Below, piece after piece: positions 11,836 through 24,700 of a stretch of DNA of 64,000 nt. Position 1 is the stretch's first letter. Every line of letters begins with the position of its first letter. Source of the DNA: Macrostomum hystrix (Eukaryota > Animalia > Platyhelminthes); NCBI GenBank assembly GCA_950097015.1, contig CATNEN010000031.1, forward strand, positions 3,100,001 to 3,164,000, in the 5' to 3' direction. The notes under the pieces are model-generated. The model was not told the DNA's origin, did not search any database, and saw only the letters and a program-made list of their open reading frames with translations. A program made the position numbers and the translations under genes.

Positions 11836-13693
11836 TTTCTCTGTTTCTTAGACAGAGAATTCTGTCGAAACTAAAATCGTCTCGTCGTTAATTGTCATCG
11901 AAGCCGTCAAAACCTTCGGTACCTGATTCTGATTCTGTAATGAACTCACTGCGCTTATACAAATGGTAACCAGCAATCATCAATACTTTTACTGGTAGTT
12001 TTTCGTTTTATCTTTAAAAATATTGTACAAGTTACCATTTTTAACCCTTTATCGCGCACTCATTTTATTCTTACTGAAAAGTAAGAATTATAAAAATTCT
12101 GAAAAAATTTGCTTTTATGTCATGGGAATCGAGAGCACTAAAACACTCGAATTTCGCCCGCCTGACTTTTTGGTCTTAATTTTATTCTTATTTGGTCCTG
12201 TTTTCATCAAAATTTGGTCCTGATTTCATCCTAATTTGGTCCGGATTCATGCCAGTTTGGTGCGTCTCATGTCTGTCATCCACGTAATTGTCGAAATTAG
12301 CTCGGAGTTTGTCACTATGAAATATAGATAAAAAGAAATTACTTTAATTTCAGAAGTTTCATTGGCTAAGGTGAGTCACGTGCTTTGGGTTGGGGTGGTA
12401 AATGTAGGGTTTCCTTACTGATTTTTCTAAAAATAGAAACTGCGGAACCCTGGCCGATAAATTGTTTATTTTTATATAATCGCTGTAGGATTCTCAAGGT
12501 CGTATTTACACTTTTATAAGAATGATCTGTTAAAGCCTTGAAAGACCAAAGTTAAATTTATCTGCTTCCGTTATGATAATTCAGAAAATTAAGCACTAAG
12601 CAAGTAGTTTTGACGAATAAAGTCAGTTCTGTTACTTCACACTGCATGTGATGCTCTGTGAGCATTAGTCTTACATTCGTTTATATAATGCTAACTGTTT
12701 TGTACCAATGAGTTGAGCGTAAAGGAAAATGTTACTAAACATACAGCAGATAAAGTCACGCAGTTAAGCAATACAATACAAGAGCTTGTAAGCGGCGATA
12801 AAGATCACAGAAGAAAAAAAATAAATTTAAAAATGTTAAAACACAATGAATGGCAAAATGGCGCCAGCGCTTGACCTAATCTATTTTGACGGATAAATTA
12901 GTGCTGCTGAAAATGAGAAGGCTAGTGATTTAGGGTGGCGTTTATAAAGCACAAATGTTCAAAGCAACGCGCAAAATGAACGTAAAATAGTAAAATTTCA
13001 GCTCTTAAAGAAATAGAACAATCAAGAGTGGCATTGAATTCCTTAGTCATAAGTTAACGGCTTTCCGTAGAGCTAATAATAAAAAACCTTCTGCCTACAC
13101 ATATGCTCAGGTAATCAAACTTTATTCAGTTGCATATTTAATTTTGATCTATTAGAACAGGTCCTATAAAGGGCCGTTTTATATTTTTCGAATCGCTTAC
13201 TTATAAGTAGATCCGACATGGATGAACATTTCTATGCGTTAATAGCTTAAAATATCTAAATAGTAACGATTTTGATCTCACTTTTAACTGGCAATAACAC
13301 ATACATATTTATTCACTCCATTCGAAAGTGCCATATAAAGGGCCGTTTTTCATATTTCGTACTTGTCAAAGCCAGCCTGGTAGGGCAATAATTGAAGTGA
13401 ACTTAAACCTATTATTTGCGCAGAATGTGTAGAGTAAAATAAAATAGCATTTGACATCACACTTAAATCGACCTCTTGTTTGTTTATTCGTCGAAACGAT
13501 AAAAGAGTTTTACTTTTACCCATACTAACAGACTATCTTGAAACAGATCGAATCGGCCATGCTGAGAGCGATGCGATGCAATTTCGAGAGTGAGATTTAT
13601 TTTACAAAAAGTAGATTCAAATCATGCAACAATTGATATGTCCGATAAAATTTAGCATTAAGTAGGAGATAAGGGAAGCGTACTCAAGAGCTA

Positions 13694-16177
13694 CTAGCGA
13701 CCAATCAGGTACTTGCACACGAAGCGGACTACAGCGTCGGCCGGTTGGTGCTCCTCGATTTCGCAGAGAATCACGGCCGTGTTCTCTTGGCTAGAGGTGT
13801 TCTTGCGAGCCACGAAGCCGAACATTCTGAAAGAGTTTTTTTTGCAATTTTGCAATGAACAATTTTTTGTTGTTGCTTTTGCCATTGCGCTAAGTCAGGA
13901 TAATGTGTGCCACTTACTTTGGATGGGCCAGTCCCCTTGCTCTTGTCTCCTCCGAATCGAAGCTGAAATTGGCATTGAATTTTAATGTCATTTTTAATGG
14001 CTTTTATGGCTTTATCGTTTTATGGCTATATGGCTCACAAATCCCCTTGTTGACTAAATCCTACAAGGGAAATTCCGCTAAGGGAATCCCACACTGAGAA
14101 TTCCCGATTAGCAAAATCACTCGGGGAAATCCGCCTTCACCGGCTCACCTCCTACCGCCAGGCACCATGCCACAGTGCAGCACGCAGGCTGTGGGGTAGT
14201 GCTTTCTGAAGAACTGCCGCCTAGTGTTGTCAGTGAGGCTGACGCCATCGCGGGCCACCTTCAGCTGGCAGACGCAAGTGCGCAGCCGGTCCCGGTGGCG
14301 CAGGAGGGCGTCGGCGGCTCGGGCCAGACCACCGGCGCCAGTCAGTGACTCAATGTCGACGGCGCCCAAGTACAGCACGCTGCAGGCTGCGAAGGTAAGG
14401 AAAAAATTAAAGGTTGGAGATCCCTAAAAAATCCCACCAAGGGAAATCCCGCCAAGGGAAATCCCGCCAAGGGAAATCCCGCCAAAGGGAAATCCCGCCA
14501 AGGGAAATCCCGCCAAGGGAAATCCCGCCAAGGGAAATCCCGCCAAGGGAAATCCCGCCAAGGGAAATCCAGCTAATGCTCCGCCAGTATGCTCAAGTTA
14601 AATTCTCACCTGCGCCATGTTCCAGAATGACGCGCGGATCCAAGCTGCTATCCATGATGTCAGCGGGGTCGCTGTTGGAAACACTCGGAGGCAGCACCAG
14701 GCGGCAGGGCAGCGCCAGAGGCATGATGGTGTGCTGGTAGACCAGAGCAGCCAGCGAGGCGAACACAGGCTCGTTGGCGCAGCCGCGGATTCGAACCCCC
14801 CGGCTGGTCTGCTCTATGAGGAAGTGTCGCACCAACTCGTCGGCCGCCGATGTCGTTGAGCCGTCCGTTGTCGCTGTCGGCGGCGCGCCCGGCGGCACCT
14901 CTGCGACTTTTACGGCGAGTCCGTAGGCGCCAGAGAAGCTGGTGCTGTCACGAACGACGAATCGACCAGGTGGCAGAGGGCGCAACAGAGCGATGGCTTT
15001 GGAGAGAGGAGAAAGTGGGAAATCAGGCTTCGGTTAGACTCGAAGGGTTTCTATCGGTTTCTAAGTTGTAATTTGCGGTACTAGAAACAGCCCCAATTTC
15101 GAATCCGTATTGTGTGTTTAGCGGTACTGAGTTCGAATCTGCAGTATTTTATGCGGTACTGAGTTCGAATCTGCAGTATGTAAAGCGGTACTGAGTTCGA
15201 ATCCGCAGTATGTAAAGCGGTACTGGGTTCGAATCTGCAGTATGCAAAGCGGTACTGAGTTCGAATCTGCAGTATTTTACGCGGTACTGAGTTCGAATCT
15301 GCAGTATATAATGCGGTACTGAGTTCGAATCTGCAGTATGTGAAGCGGTTCTGAGCTCAGGTCCGCTAAAGCGATGACAAATATGCCGCTATAGTCGGGA
15401 ATTAATAAAAGCCTAGATTACCTTCTTCTCGACTAATATTCGGCAGGTACCAGAGCTGCGAGGTGTCATTGACAAATTTCAGCATGCCGCCAGGCGACGG
15501 CGGATCAAAGTCGAAGCCTCCGCCGCCGCCGACGCTGCTGCTGCCGCAGCCACTGTTGCTGGAGTAGCGAGGATTCGGACTGCTGTTACCGGGGCTGGCC
15601 GCCCAGGCGCCCACGCCGCCGCCTCCGCCGCCTCCGCCGCTGTTGAACTGCATTCGACTTGACTGATTGAAGCTGGATACCCCGTCTGTGTAGCCGCCAA
15701 CCTGCAGGTGATGCTGCTGCTGCTGCTGGCTAGCAGACGAGGCTCTTAGAAAGCTATTTCTAGGCTCAATATTCGACGCCTGTAGAGTCGCAGCTGTGGA
15801 GGAAGGTGAAAGAGCAGAGAAGATTTTCTGTTGGTGTTTGGTTTTTGATGCAGTGTTGCGTAGGTTAGACCCATCATTAAACTGTTATAGCTTAGTGAAG
15901 ATTAAGAGCAGTATAACACACGATAACCGGTTAGATTTTAGCGCGAAAACAAGTTAGCAAGCCTTGAAGTTGAATATTTTTAGAAAATTTGGTGCTGCAA
16001 AAGAGTTAATGCTTGAATTCAGGCCGCTATGAAAGCACCAATCTGGTCCTATCGTACTGGCGTAGGCCGGGTTGCTGAAAACTGTGTCGTCCATGTCGCT
16101 GGATGACAAGCTGCAGGCACCGCGGCCGACAGACCTGCGACTCTGCTGGAACTGGAACTCCGAGACCCTGCTGCTCC

Positions 16178-16231
<54 letters not shown>

Positions 16232-19200
16232 TTGGGAAGACACCTCCCCCAGCGCCGGTGATGAGAACTGGTCTCAGATCCGTCAATTCCACGTAGGTCT
16301 TCTCCTCGCCGATGCCATCCGCGTGAACAGTCGACGATGACGAGGCCGACGATGAGGCATTGTCGACAACGACCCTCGGCGGCTGCAGCTGGCCAGTCAC
16401 CGCCCGCCTGCCACTGGCGGAGGACGCTCGGATGGTGCCAGCTCTGAGGCTACCAGTTCTGTACGATGTGAACTTCTCACTGCGAGTCAGCGATCGGCTC
16501 GACTGGAATTGACGATGCTGGCGATGACTCTGGCGCTGCTGCTGCTGCTGCTGCTGCTGCTGCAGTTGCTGCAGTTGCAGATGTGCACCCTGGTCAAGAT
16601 GAACTGCCTGACCCTGCAGCATCAGCTGATGAGCCTGCTGAGCTGCCGGTACCTGGAGCAAGTTGCCGCCGCTAAAGCCGCCCGCTAGCTGCTGGACACT
16701 CACCGCTGCGGTTGGCATGGCAACCATGAATGCCATTGGCAGCACCTGAACTGGTGCCCCGCTGGTTAATGTTGTTGCAGTTGTCGCTGCAACATGCGAG
16801 GTGCTGCCTAGATGCGGGGAAGGCAGAGGAAGTTGCTAGAGGAAAATTATTAAAGAAATATTTTGGCTCGAGAAACTAGCAGTGCAAGAGTTTATGCAAT
16901 TTATGATATTAAAAAATTTAGATAGAAAACTAAACAACAAAGGTATAGGAGTAAACAAGTTTTACAGATTTTTTTACGATCGTTGAATATTCGAATTGCG
17001 CCGTAAAAGTCTTATGAAAACAAAAATTTTCGCTCATTTAGAGTTTTGAATCGTTTGAAAACACCGAATGCTCTTGCAATAGCTAACTGCAATTTTAAGT
17101 CATGCTTAAAGAATACACATCAAACCTGCTTCACCAACGTGGAAATTTATGAATATTGCGCAGCTAAATTAGGAACTGAGCGAAAGTACGCAAAAGTTTT
17201 TAATAAAACTTTTTTATTTTATTAATTTAATTTTTAATAAAAACGTGTGTACATAAAAAATATACCTGTGTGCTCTTTTGGATTAAAGCTTTAAGGATTT
17301 GTGATGTTTTTGGATCTGTGTTGTTTTTGGAGATGTGATTACTAATATTAATGCTCGTAATAGTTTATTACACCTGTCCCAATCGGGCCAGACGTGCAGG
17401 CAGAGTCAGTCCATGGACAGGGGAGACGCCACACCCACCCTTAATTACCCCAGCTGATCCTGTCACCCATTCAACAGCTGGGTGAACTGAAGCAATGCCG
17501 AGTTAAGTGTCTTTGTAAAGTACACAAAGTGTTCCGGTGGAGTCGGGAATCGAACCACTGCCCATCTTAGTTTTGCCAACAGAAACAGAAAATTTCGCCC
17601 ACCTCTGAGCAGCCCAACTCCAGTTGTTGAAGGTGTCGGCTGAGCTTGTGTCGGAAATGCAGCCGTCGGCGCTAACGGTGGCGCACTGCGGTCCAGTTGC
17701 GGCGTTGACAAGTTGAGGGTGCGCAGCCGGTTGTTGCCGAGCTGGTAGCCCGAGTTGGTGTGGCGCAGCCGGTGCTGGGCCGTGTGGCTTGGGAGTGTCT
17801 TTATGCCGTGTCCAATGGGGCGCAGGGTTGTAGTCTCTGAGTAGACGTCGGACACGCCTTGACTTTCCTGACGAGAGCTCGAGACCGCCTCGTTGGCCTG
17901 ACGATTACTGCTGCTGCTGCTGACCTGCACTGTTTCAGATCTGGCCATGTGCTGCTGCTGCTGCTGCTGCTGCCTATTAGACTCTCGCCAGTGCCCAGAG
18001 TCCTGGCCAATCGCAGAGGCCGGCCTATGAGGAGCGACCTGCTGATCCATCGGGAGCAGTTGATGCTGATGCTGCTGCAGCTGCTCGTAGTTGCGACCGT
18101 GGTGCATCTCGGAGCGCTGCTAAATGTTAAAACAATCGAGTTTTTTCAATGAAATTAAGAGCACAATTGACTATTAGTTTAAACGCACCATCGAAGAGGA
18201 CTCCTGGTGTTGGCGAAACGAGTTGGATTCCTCATGACGATGATGATGATGCTGATGCTGCTTGTGCTGGTGCTGCTGCTGCTGATAGGGCGGCTGCTCA
18301 TGTGTGGGAAACCGAAAGACTCCACCTGTTTTAGGTAAAAAATTATGGAATTAGTTTCACAAACGATAACACACTCGTAATTAGAATTCTTGCAAACAGC
18401 CGCCATCTCTTAGATCTGTTTAAAAGTACAGATTGGATGGGGGGCTAGCTAGACAGGAGGGTGAGAGAGTGAGGGGCTTATCAGTTGGGGCCAGGCGACG
18501 ACCAATCAGAAAGGAGGAAGGGGGTAGGAATAAACTAGAGAACAGATTAGGAGTAGGAAAGAGAAAAAACTGGAACTAGATAGAACTGGATAAAGTAAAT
18601 AAGAAATGCTGGAACAATAGTTGGCAGACAATTGACACGGCCATCGCCACGAAAATATACTGCATATTAAAGTCTCACCTGGACTATCCAATCGTGAGGA
18701 CTGGTTCAGTGGCCCGTCGCGAGGTGAAAACCCGTCTCTTCTGGAAACCGGTGGCGGCTGCTGCTGCCGCAGCGGCTGCGGCTGAGCCGATTTTGGCGGC
18801 GGCTGCTGACCAGTCGGCGGGAACACCTGGAATATGCTGACCCTCTCCTGCACCTCCGTGGAGCTTTCGTGCTTCGAGGCGCTCTCCTTCTCGCTGCGCT
18901 GATAGCTTTGGCTCTGCTCAGCAGATGCCGAGCTACGCAACGCTGTCACCGCTGCAGAGCCCGATGGAAATGCGACAGCGTTGGAAGCAGCAGCACCGGC
19001 CGGTTGCAGCTGACTCGCGGATGGCAGCCGGGTTCGCGGCGGCGGCGTTGGCAGCTTCTCGTTGGCCGGGGCCATTTCAGTGTTCACGTACAGCGGCTCC
19101 GGCGAGAGGGTGTCCCGACTGTCACTGCCGCTGTCACTGTCGCCGTCTCGGCCGCCGTTCCAGGAGTCGATGTTCTGATAGTCATCGTCTGGCCGGAACC

Positions 19201-20089
19201 GCTGATCTCTGCGGCCTGGAAAAGTTGATTTCGAAGGAATTTTGTAAGTGAGGGACTCGGGCAACACACCGAGAGAATGTGCAGAGCAAGCGGAGTTGCT
19301 TAGAAAGCAGGGGGTAGGACATAAAAAATCAAAACGTCAATTTATGCCTGTCGAGCGTAGGGGGGGGGTCAGTGGCAGAGCGGTTTAACGCGAACCGAGG
19401 TGCCTGAGCTCGATTCCGCGGCGAGGCCACATTAAATTGGGTGCGCAGCCGCGGTGAGAAGGCTTGGGGGCTTGTCGTGCAATTTGCGCCCTTGAGGGCC
19501 AACCTCCAAGGTTCAGTGAAGTATACACTGTCTAACGATGAGAAAGACAGGGCACGTGTACACACCTGTGTGAGCGAGTGCCTTGCGTACAGTATTTGTG
19601 TGCGTGTGTGCTCAAGAGTCAGCGGAATGAGAAGAATTGCCTCCTCGCTGGCTGCGGGTCTAGTGTCACCAAATAATGTGCCATTGCCTGTAGCTCTCCT
19701 GCAATTATTAATTAACTAGTATTACCTGTCGAGCGTCTTGGTCCGCCGCTGCCGCCGCTGCGATACCCTGGCGAGCTGGTCTGGGCGTCCGAGGAGCCGT
19801 TGTCTCCCCATCTCAGCTGGCCAAGCTCGCGCAGTTGTCTCTGAGCGTCGGCCAGCTGGGCCATCAGAAGGCGCTCCTTGTCGGTGGGAGCCGCCCACTG
19901 CGGCTGTCTCGATTGGCTACTGTGGAACTGCTGATCGCGAGGAGGAGAAGTATGGTGATGCGGAGCCGGGTGGCTTCGGTCGTCTGGCACCCAGACGTCC
20001 TCCAACAGCTGGTCGATGTCGCCCGACTGGCTGTAGACGCGGGCGCCACCTCCGCCTCCGCTGCTTCGATAATACGGCGCCGTGGTCAT
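13694..20089 (-). CDS. TNS: Tensin-family protein (C-terminal SH2 + PTB; long Q/S/G-rich N-terminal region). Exons 20089-19726, 19215-18679, 18325-18189, 18119-17603, 16807-about 16060, about 15794-15422, 14996-14610, 14386-14149, 13826-13694
   Basis: SH2: KFVNDTSQLWYLPNISREE|AIALLRPLPPGRFVVRDSTSFSGAYGLAVKV...ELVRHFLIE...EPVFASLAALVYQHTIMPLALPCRLVLP. PTB: ACSVLYLGAVDIESLTG...LTDNTRRQFFRKHYP...MFGFVARK...QPADAVVRFV. These match tensin consensus blocks. Most junctions are phase-consistent; the junction near 16060/15794 is approximate. Confidence 0.9.
14431..14570. repeat. 15-bp minisatellite (GGGAAATCCCGCCAA)n, about 9 copies, in a tensin intron
   Basis: Tandem units between exons 14610 and 14386. 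Confidence 0.9.
15073..15360. repeat. 32-33-bp minisatellite (GCGGTACTGAGTTCGAATCTGCAGTAT...)n, about 7 copies, in a tensin intron
   Basis: Tandem units. Each contains GTTCGAATC (Pol III B-box consensus GWTCRANNC). Confidence 0.9.
17367..17557 (-). mobile_element. CORE-like tRNA-derived SINE, family A (truncated, internally deleted copy)
   Basis: Matches 38148-38422: ...ACACTTAACTCGGCATTGCTTCAGTTCACCCAGCTGTTGAATGGG on the minus strand. Confidence 0.75.
19360..19705 (+). mobile_element. tRNA-derived SINE, family B (copy 2, in tensin intron 1)
   Basis: GGGGTCAGTGGCAGAGCGG...GAGCTCGATTCC head. The body is the reverse complement of 2230-2613. Confidence 0.75.
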
Positions 20090-21794
20090 TGAACCGCTGG
20101 CAGATCTCCTAGTATGTTTCTTTCAGTCGAAACCCAATGTTAAAGAGCTTTCTCCGTTGATGTCCGCTGTGGTCGCGGTGCTGTTGATACTCGACAAAAG
20201 TGGGAGGCGCGCTGCTGCTAGTCTGAGTAACCGAGCACAAACACGCGCTACACGCCTTTGTGGCACAGCCAGTGGGTGGGTGTGCGATGAGAAAGAGTAG
20301 AAGAAGGGCGCCTTCACCTCTTTGTGAGCAGTCGAAGCAGTTTGAGTCTGAGTTGAGCTCGTGTGTGCCAGGACAATTAATCAATGGGGCGCCTGTGTGT
20401 GTTGGCCTAGGCGAGTCGGATGTTGCTCAGTTGACCCTCCAAAAAATCTCTAGGTCTGCCTTTCCTCTGCGCGAGTGTACTCAAAAAAAGCAGCAGCACC
20501 AGGAATAGTGGCTGGGTGAGGGAACTGAGAGCTGTACTCTACTCTAGCTGCCCGCCTCTCTACCCCTCTCCCTCTCGCCAATCTCGTCGCTTCCCAGGTC
20601 AGACCGCCAAGTACGTGCATTTCTACAAAAGCGTACACGAGAAGGACAGATCAGAGTTTGTACTCGCCCCCATCTCTGCCCTTCTCGCCACTGCCTCAAA
20701 AAAGAATTTTAAAGCATACTCACACACACACAATTGCTGCCAGGTTTTCAAAAGTGTAGCATTTTATGTCTGCCGTTTATCCAGTCATCAATAGCATTGC
20801 TGTCATGCGGCTATATGCTCAGCACACACAAATATACTCCCCCCAACCACCTGTTATTTGAGCAGATAAAAGGCAGCTTTCTATGGGAACCAACTGCTCA
20901 GAACAGTTGGGCTGCTGAGCTATGCGCGCGAATGTTTTGACTTAGAGTATTTTTAAAGAGAAGAATGAAACACTTGAGCCGCAAACTTGGGGCCATTGAG
21001 ACTGGGAGCCGAGGGTGGAGGGCCATTGCCTACTTTATGCAGCCACTAACCTTGTTTTTATTTTTTAGTTGAAGCAAGCAATGAATTCCTTATAATCTCA
21101 ACGCCCTTCTCAACGCGCAAAGTTATTCTATTAGTAGTTTTCTTATAAAATTTGTCCATAATACTCCAGTCTTCATTCAACTGTCAGACAGGCGGACAGA
21201 CAGACAGACAGACAGCCTTCCAGTCTACAGTACTTAACGTTAAACTGCCTCTCAAATATATTTCAGCATTGCATAATTTGTCTACGTACAATTTAAATTT
21301 TGAGCACACTGAAAATGGTGTCATAGCTATCCCGAGTCTATTCCACAGGGAGATGTGCAATCTATACATGCATGGGAAGGGGTTGAGGCAAAACTGTGCA
21401 GAAAACCGGACGAAAAAAACTGCCGAATGTTTGCCATTACTACGGCAGAATAACTGATCTGACAACCCGCTTGAGAGCGCGGGTGTGAGAACACACTGTA
21501 AGCTTAGAAAGTAATATTCCCATCTGCATGCCAGCGACAATTTGATAGCCATTTAGTTTGATAGCGTCTGAGTACTACATGAGAGCTGCTAGGAATCCAA
21601 TTCCCACGCGACTGCGGCTGCAGCAGAATTCCCTGAGCCTATAAGCTTTCACTTGCACAGCGAATTCTCATTAGTTCAGTTGGTACAACCGACTCTGCAT
21701 GTACTTTTTGTCCAACAAGAGACTGAGCTCTGAATAGAAATATTACAACTACGGCTACTAGTATGATTACCACATGCATTACAACATATACAGG

Positions 21795-24700
21795 TAATAG
21801 CTGATGCACTGAAACATCAGGGGGTAATAACTGATGCACTGAAACATCAGGGGGTAATGGCTGATGCACTGAAACATCAGGGGGTAATGGCGGATGCACT
21901 GAAAAATCAGGGGGTAATGGCTGATGCACTTGAAACATCAGGGGGTAATGGCGGATGCACTGAAACATCAGGGGGTAATGGCGGATGCACTGAAACATCA
22001 GGGGGTAATGGCTGATGCACTTGAAACAACAGGGGGTAATAACTGATGCACTGAAACATCAGGGGGTAATAACTGATGCACTGAAACATCAGGGGGTAAT
22101 AACTGATGCACTGAAACATCAGGGGGTAATGGCTGATGCACTTGAAACAACAGGGGGTAATAACTGATGCACTGAAACATCAGGGGGTAATAACTGATGC
22201 ACTGAAACATCAGGGGGTAATAACTGATGCACTGAAACATCAGGGGGTAATGGCTGATGCACTTGAAACATCAAGGGGTAATGGCTGATGCACTTGAAAC
22301 AACAGGGGGTAATAACTGATGCACTGAAACATCAGGGGGTAATAACTGATGCACTGAAACATCAGGGGGTAATAACTGATGCACTGAAACATCAGGGGGT
22401 AATGGCGGATGCACTGAAAAATCAGGGGGTAATGGCTGATGCACTTGAAACATCAGGGGGTAATGGCGGATGCACTGAAACATCAGGGGGTAATGGCGGA
22501 TGCACTGAAACATCAGGGGGTAATGGCTGATGCACTTGAAACAACAGGGGGTAATAACTGATGCACTGAAACATCAGGGGGTAATAACTGATGCACTGAA
22601 ACATCAGGGGGTAATAACTGATGCACTGAAACATCAGGGGGTAATGGCTGATGCACTTGAAACAACAGGGGGTAATAACTGATGCACTGAAACATCAGGG
22701 GGTAATAACTGATGCACTGAAACATCAGGGGGTAATAACTGATGCACTGAAACATCAGGGGGTAATGGCTGATGCACTTGAAACATCAGGGGGTAATGGC
22801 TGATGCACTTGAAACAACAGGGGGTAATAACTGATGCACTGAAACATCAGGGGGTAATGGCTGATGCACTTGAAACATCAGGGGGTAATGGCGGATGCAC
22901 TGAAACATCAGGGGGTAATGGCGGATGCACTGAAACATCAGGGGGTAATGGCTGATGCACTTGAAACAACAGGGGGTAATAACTGATGCACTGAAACATC
23001 AGGGGGTAATAACTGATGCACTGAAACATCAGGGGGTAATGGCGGATGCACTGAAACATCAGGGGGTAATGGCTGATGCACTTGAAACAACAGGGGGTAA
23101 TAACTGATGCACTGAAACATCAGGGGGTAATGGCGGATGCACTGAAACATCAGGGGGTAATGGCTGATGCACTTGAAACATCAGGGGGTAATGGCTGATG
23201 CACTTGAAACAACAGGGGGTAATAACTGATGCACTGAAACATCAGGGGGTAATAACTGATGCACTGAAACATCAGAGGGTAATGGCGGATGCACTGAAAC
23301 ATCAGGGGGTAATGGCTGATGCACTTGAAACATCAGGGGGTAATGGCTGATGCACTTGAAACAACAGGGGGTAATAACTGATGCACTGAAACATCAGGAG
23401 GTAATAACTGATGCACTGAAACATCAGGGGGTAATAACTGATGCACTGAAACATCAGGGGGTAATGGCTGATGCACTGAAACATCAGGGGGAAATAACGG
23501 ATGCACTGAAACATCATTGGGTAATGGCTGATGCACTGAAACATCAGGGGGTAATGGCGGATGCACTGAAACATCAGGGGGTAATGGCTGATGCACTTGA
23601 AACATCAGGGGGTAATGGCGGATGCACTGAAACATCAGGGGGTAATGGCTGATGCACTTGAAACATCAGGGGGTAATGGCGGATGCACTGAAACATCAGG
23701 GGGTAATGGCGGATGCACTGAAACATCAGGGGGTAATGGCTGATGCACTTGAAACAACAGGGGGTAATAACTGATGCACTGAAACATCAGGGGGTAATGG
23801 CTGATGCACTGAAACATCAGGGGGAAATAACGGATGCACTGAAACATCATTGGGTAATGGCTGATGCACTGAAACATCAGGGGGTAATGGCGGATGCACT
23901 GAAACATCAGGGGGTAATAACTGATGCACTGAAACATCAGGGGGTAATGGCTGATGCACTGAAACATCAGGGGGTAATAACTGATGCACTGAAACATCAG
24001 GGGGTAATAACTGATGCACTGAAACATCAGGGGGTAATAACTGATGCACTGAAACATCAGGGGGTAATAACTGATGCACTGAAACATCAGGGGGTAATAA
24101 CTGATGCACTGAAACATCAGGGGGTAATGGCTGATGCACTGAAACATCAGGGGGAAATAACGGATGCACTGAAACATCATTGGGTAATGGCTGATGCACT
24201 GAAACATCAGGGGGTAATGGCGGATGCACTGAAACATCAGGGGGTAATGGCTGATGCACTTGAAACATCAGGGGGTAATGGCGGATGCACTGAAACATCA
24301 GGGGGTAATGGCGGATGCACTGAAACATCAGGGGGTAATGGCTGATGCACTTGAAACAACAGGGGGTAATAACTGATGCACTGAAACATCAGGGGGTAAT
24401 GGCGGATGCACTGAAACATCAGGGGGTAATGGCTGATGCACTTGAAACATCAGGGGGTAATGGCTGATGCACTTGAAACAACAGGGGGTAATAACTGATG
24501 CACTGAAACATCAGGGGGTAATAACTGATGCACTGAAACATCAGGGGGTAATGGCGGATGCACTGAAACATCAGGGGGTAATGGCTGATGCACTTGAAAC
24601 ATCAGGGGGTAATGGCTGATGCACTTGAAACAACAGGGGGTAATAACTGATGCACTGAAACATCAGGGGGTATTAACTGATGCACTGAAACATCAGGGGG

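Noticed and set aside
6975-11891. Very long R/K/E/G-rich ORFs (up to 1253 aa) in all three plus frames
   Set aside because: A near-pure purine repeat has almost no T and so cannot form stop codons. All frames are open and no domain is present.
15954-18107. CAG/CTG runs as a pathological-type expansion
   Set aside because: They are ordinary short polyQ tracts (up to about 15 codons) in tensin low-complexity exons.
21639-21778. Short signal-peptide-like ORF MHVVIILVAVVVIFLF... on the minus strand
   Set aside because: Only 46 codons, AT-rich, with no supporting splice or homology evidence; the opposite strand gives a better donor site.
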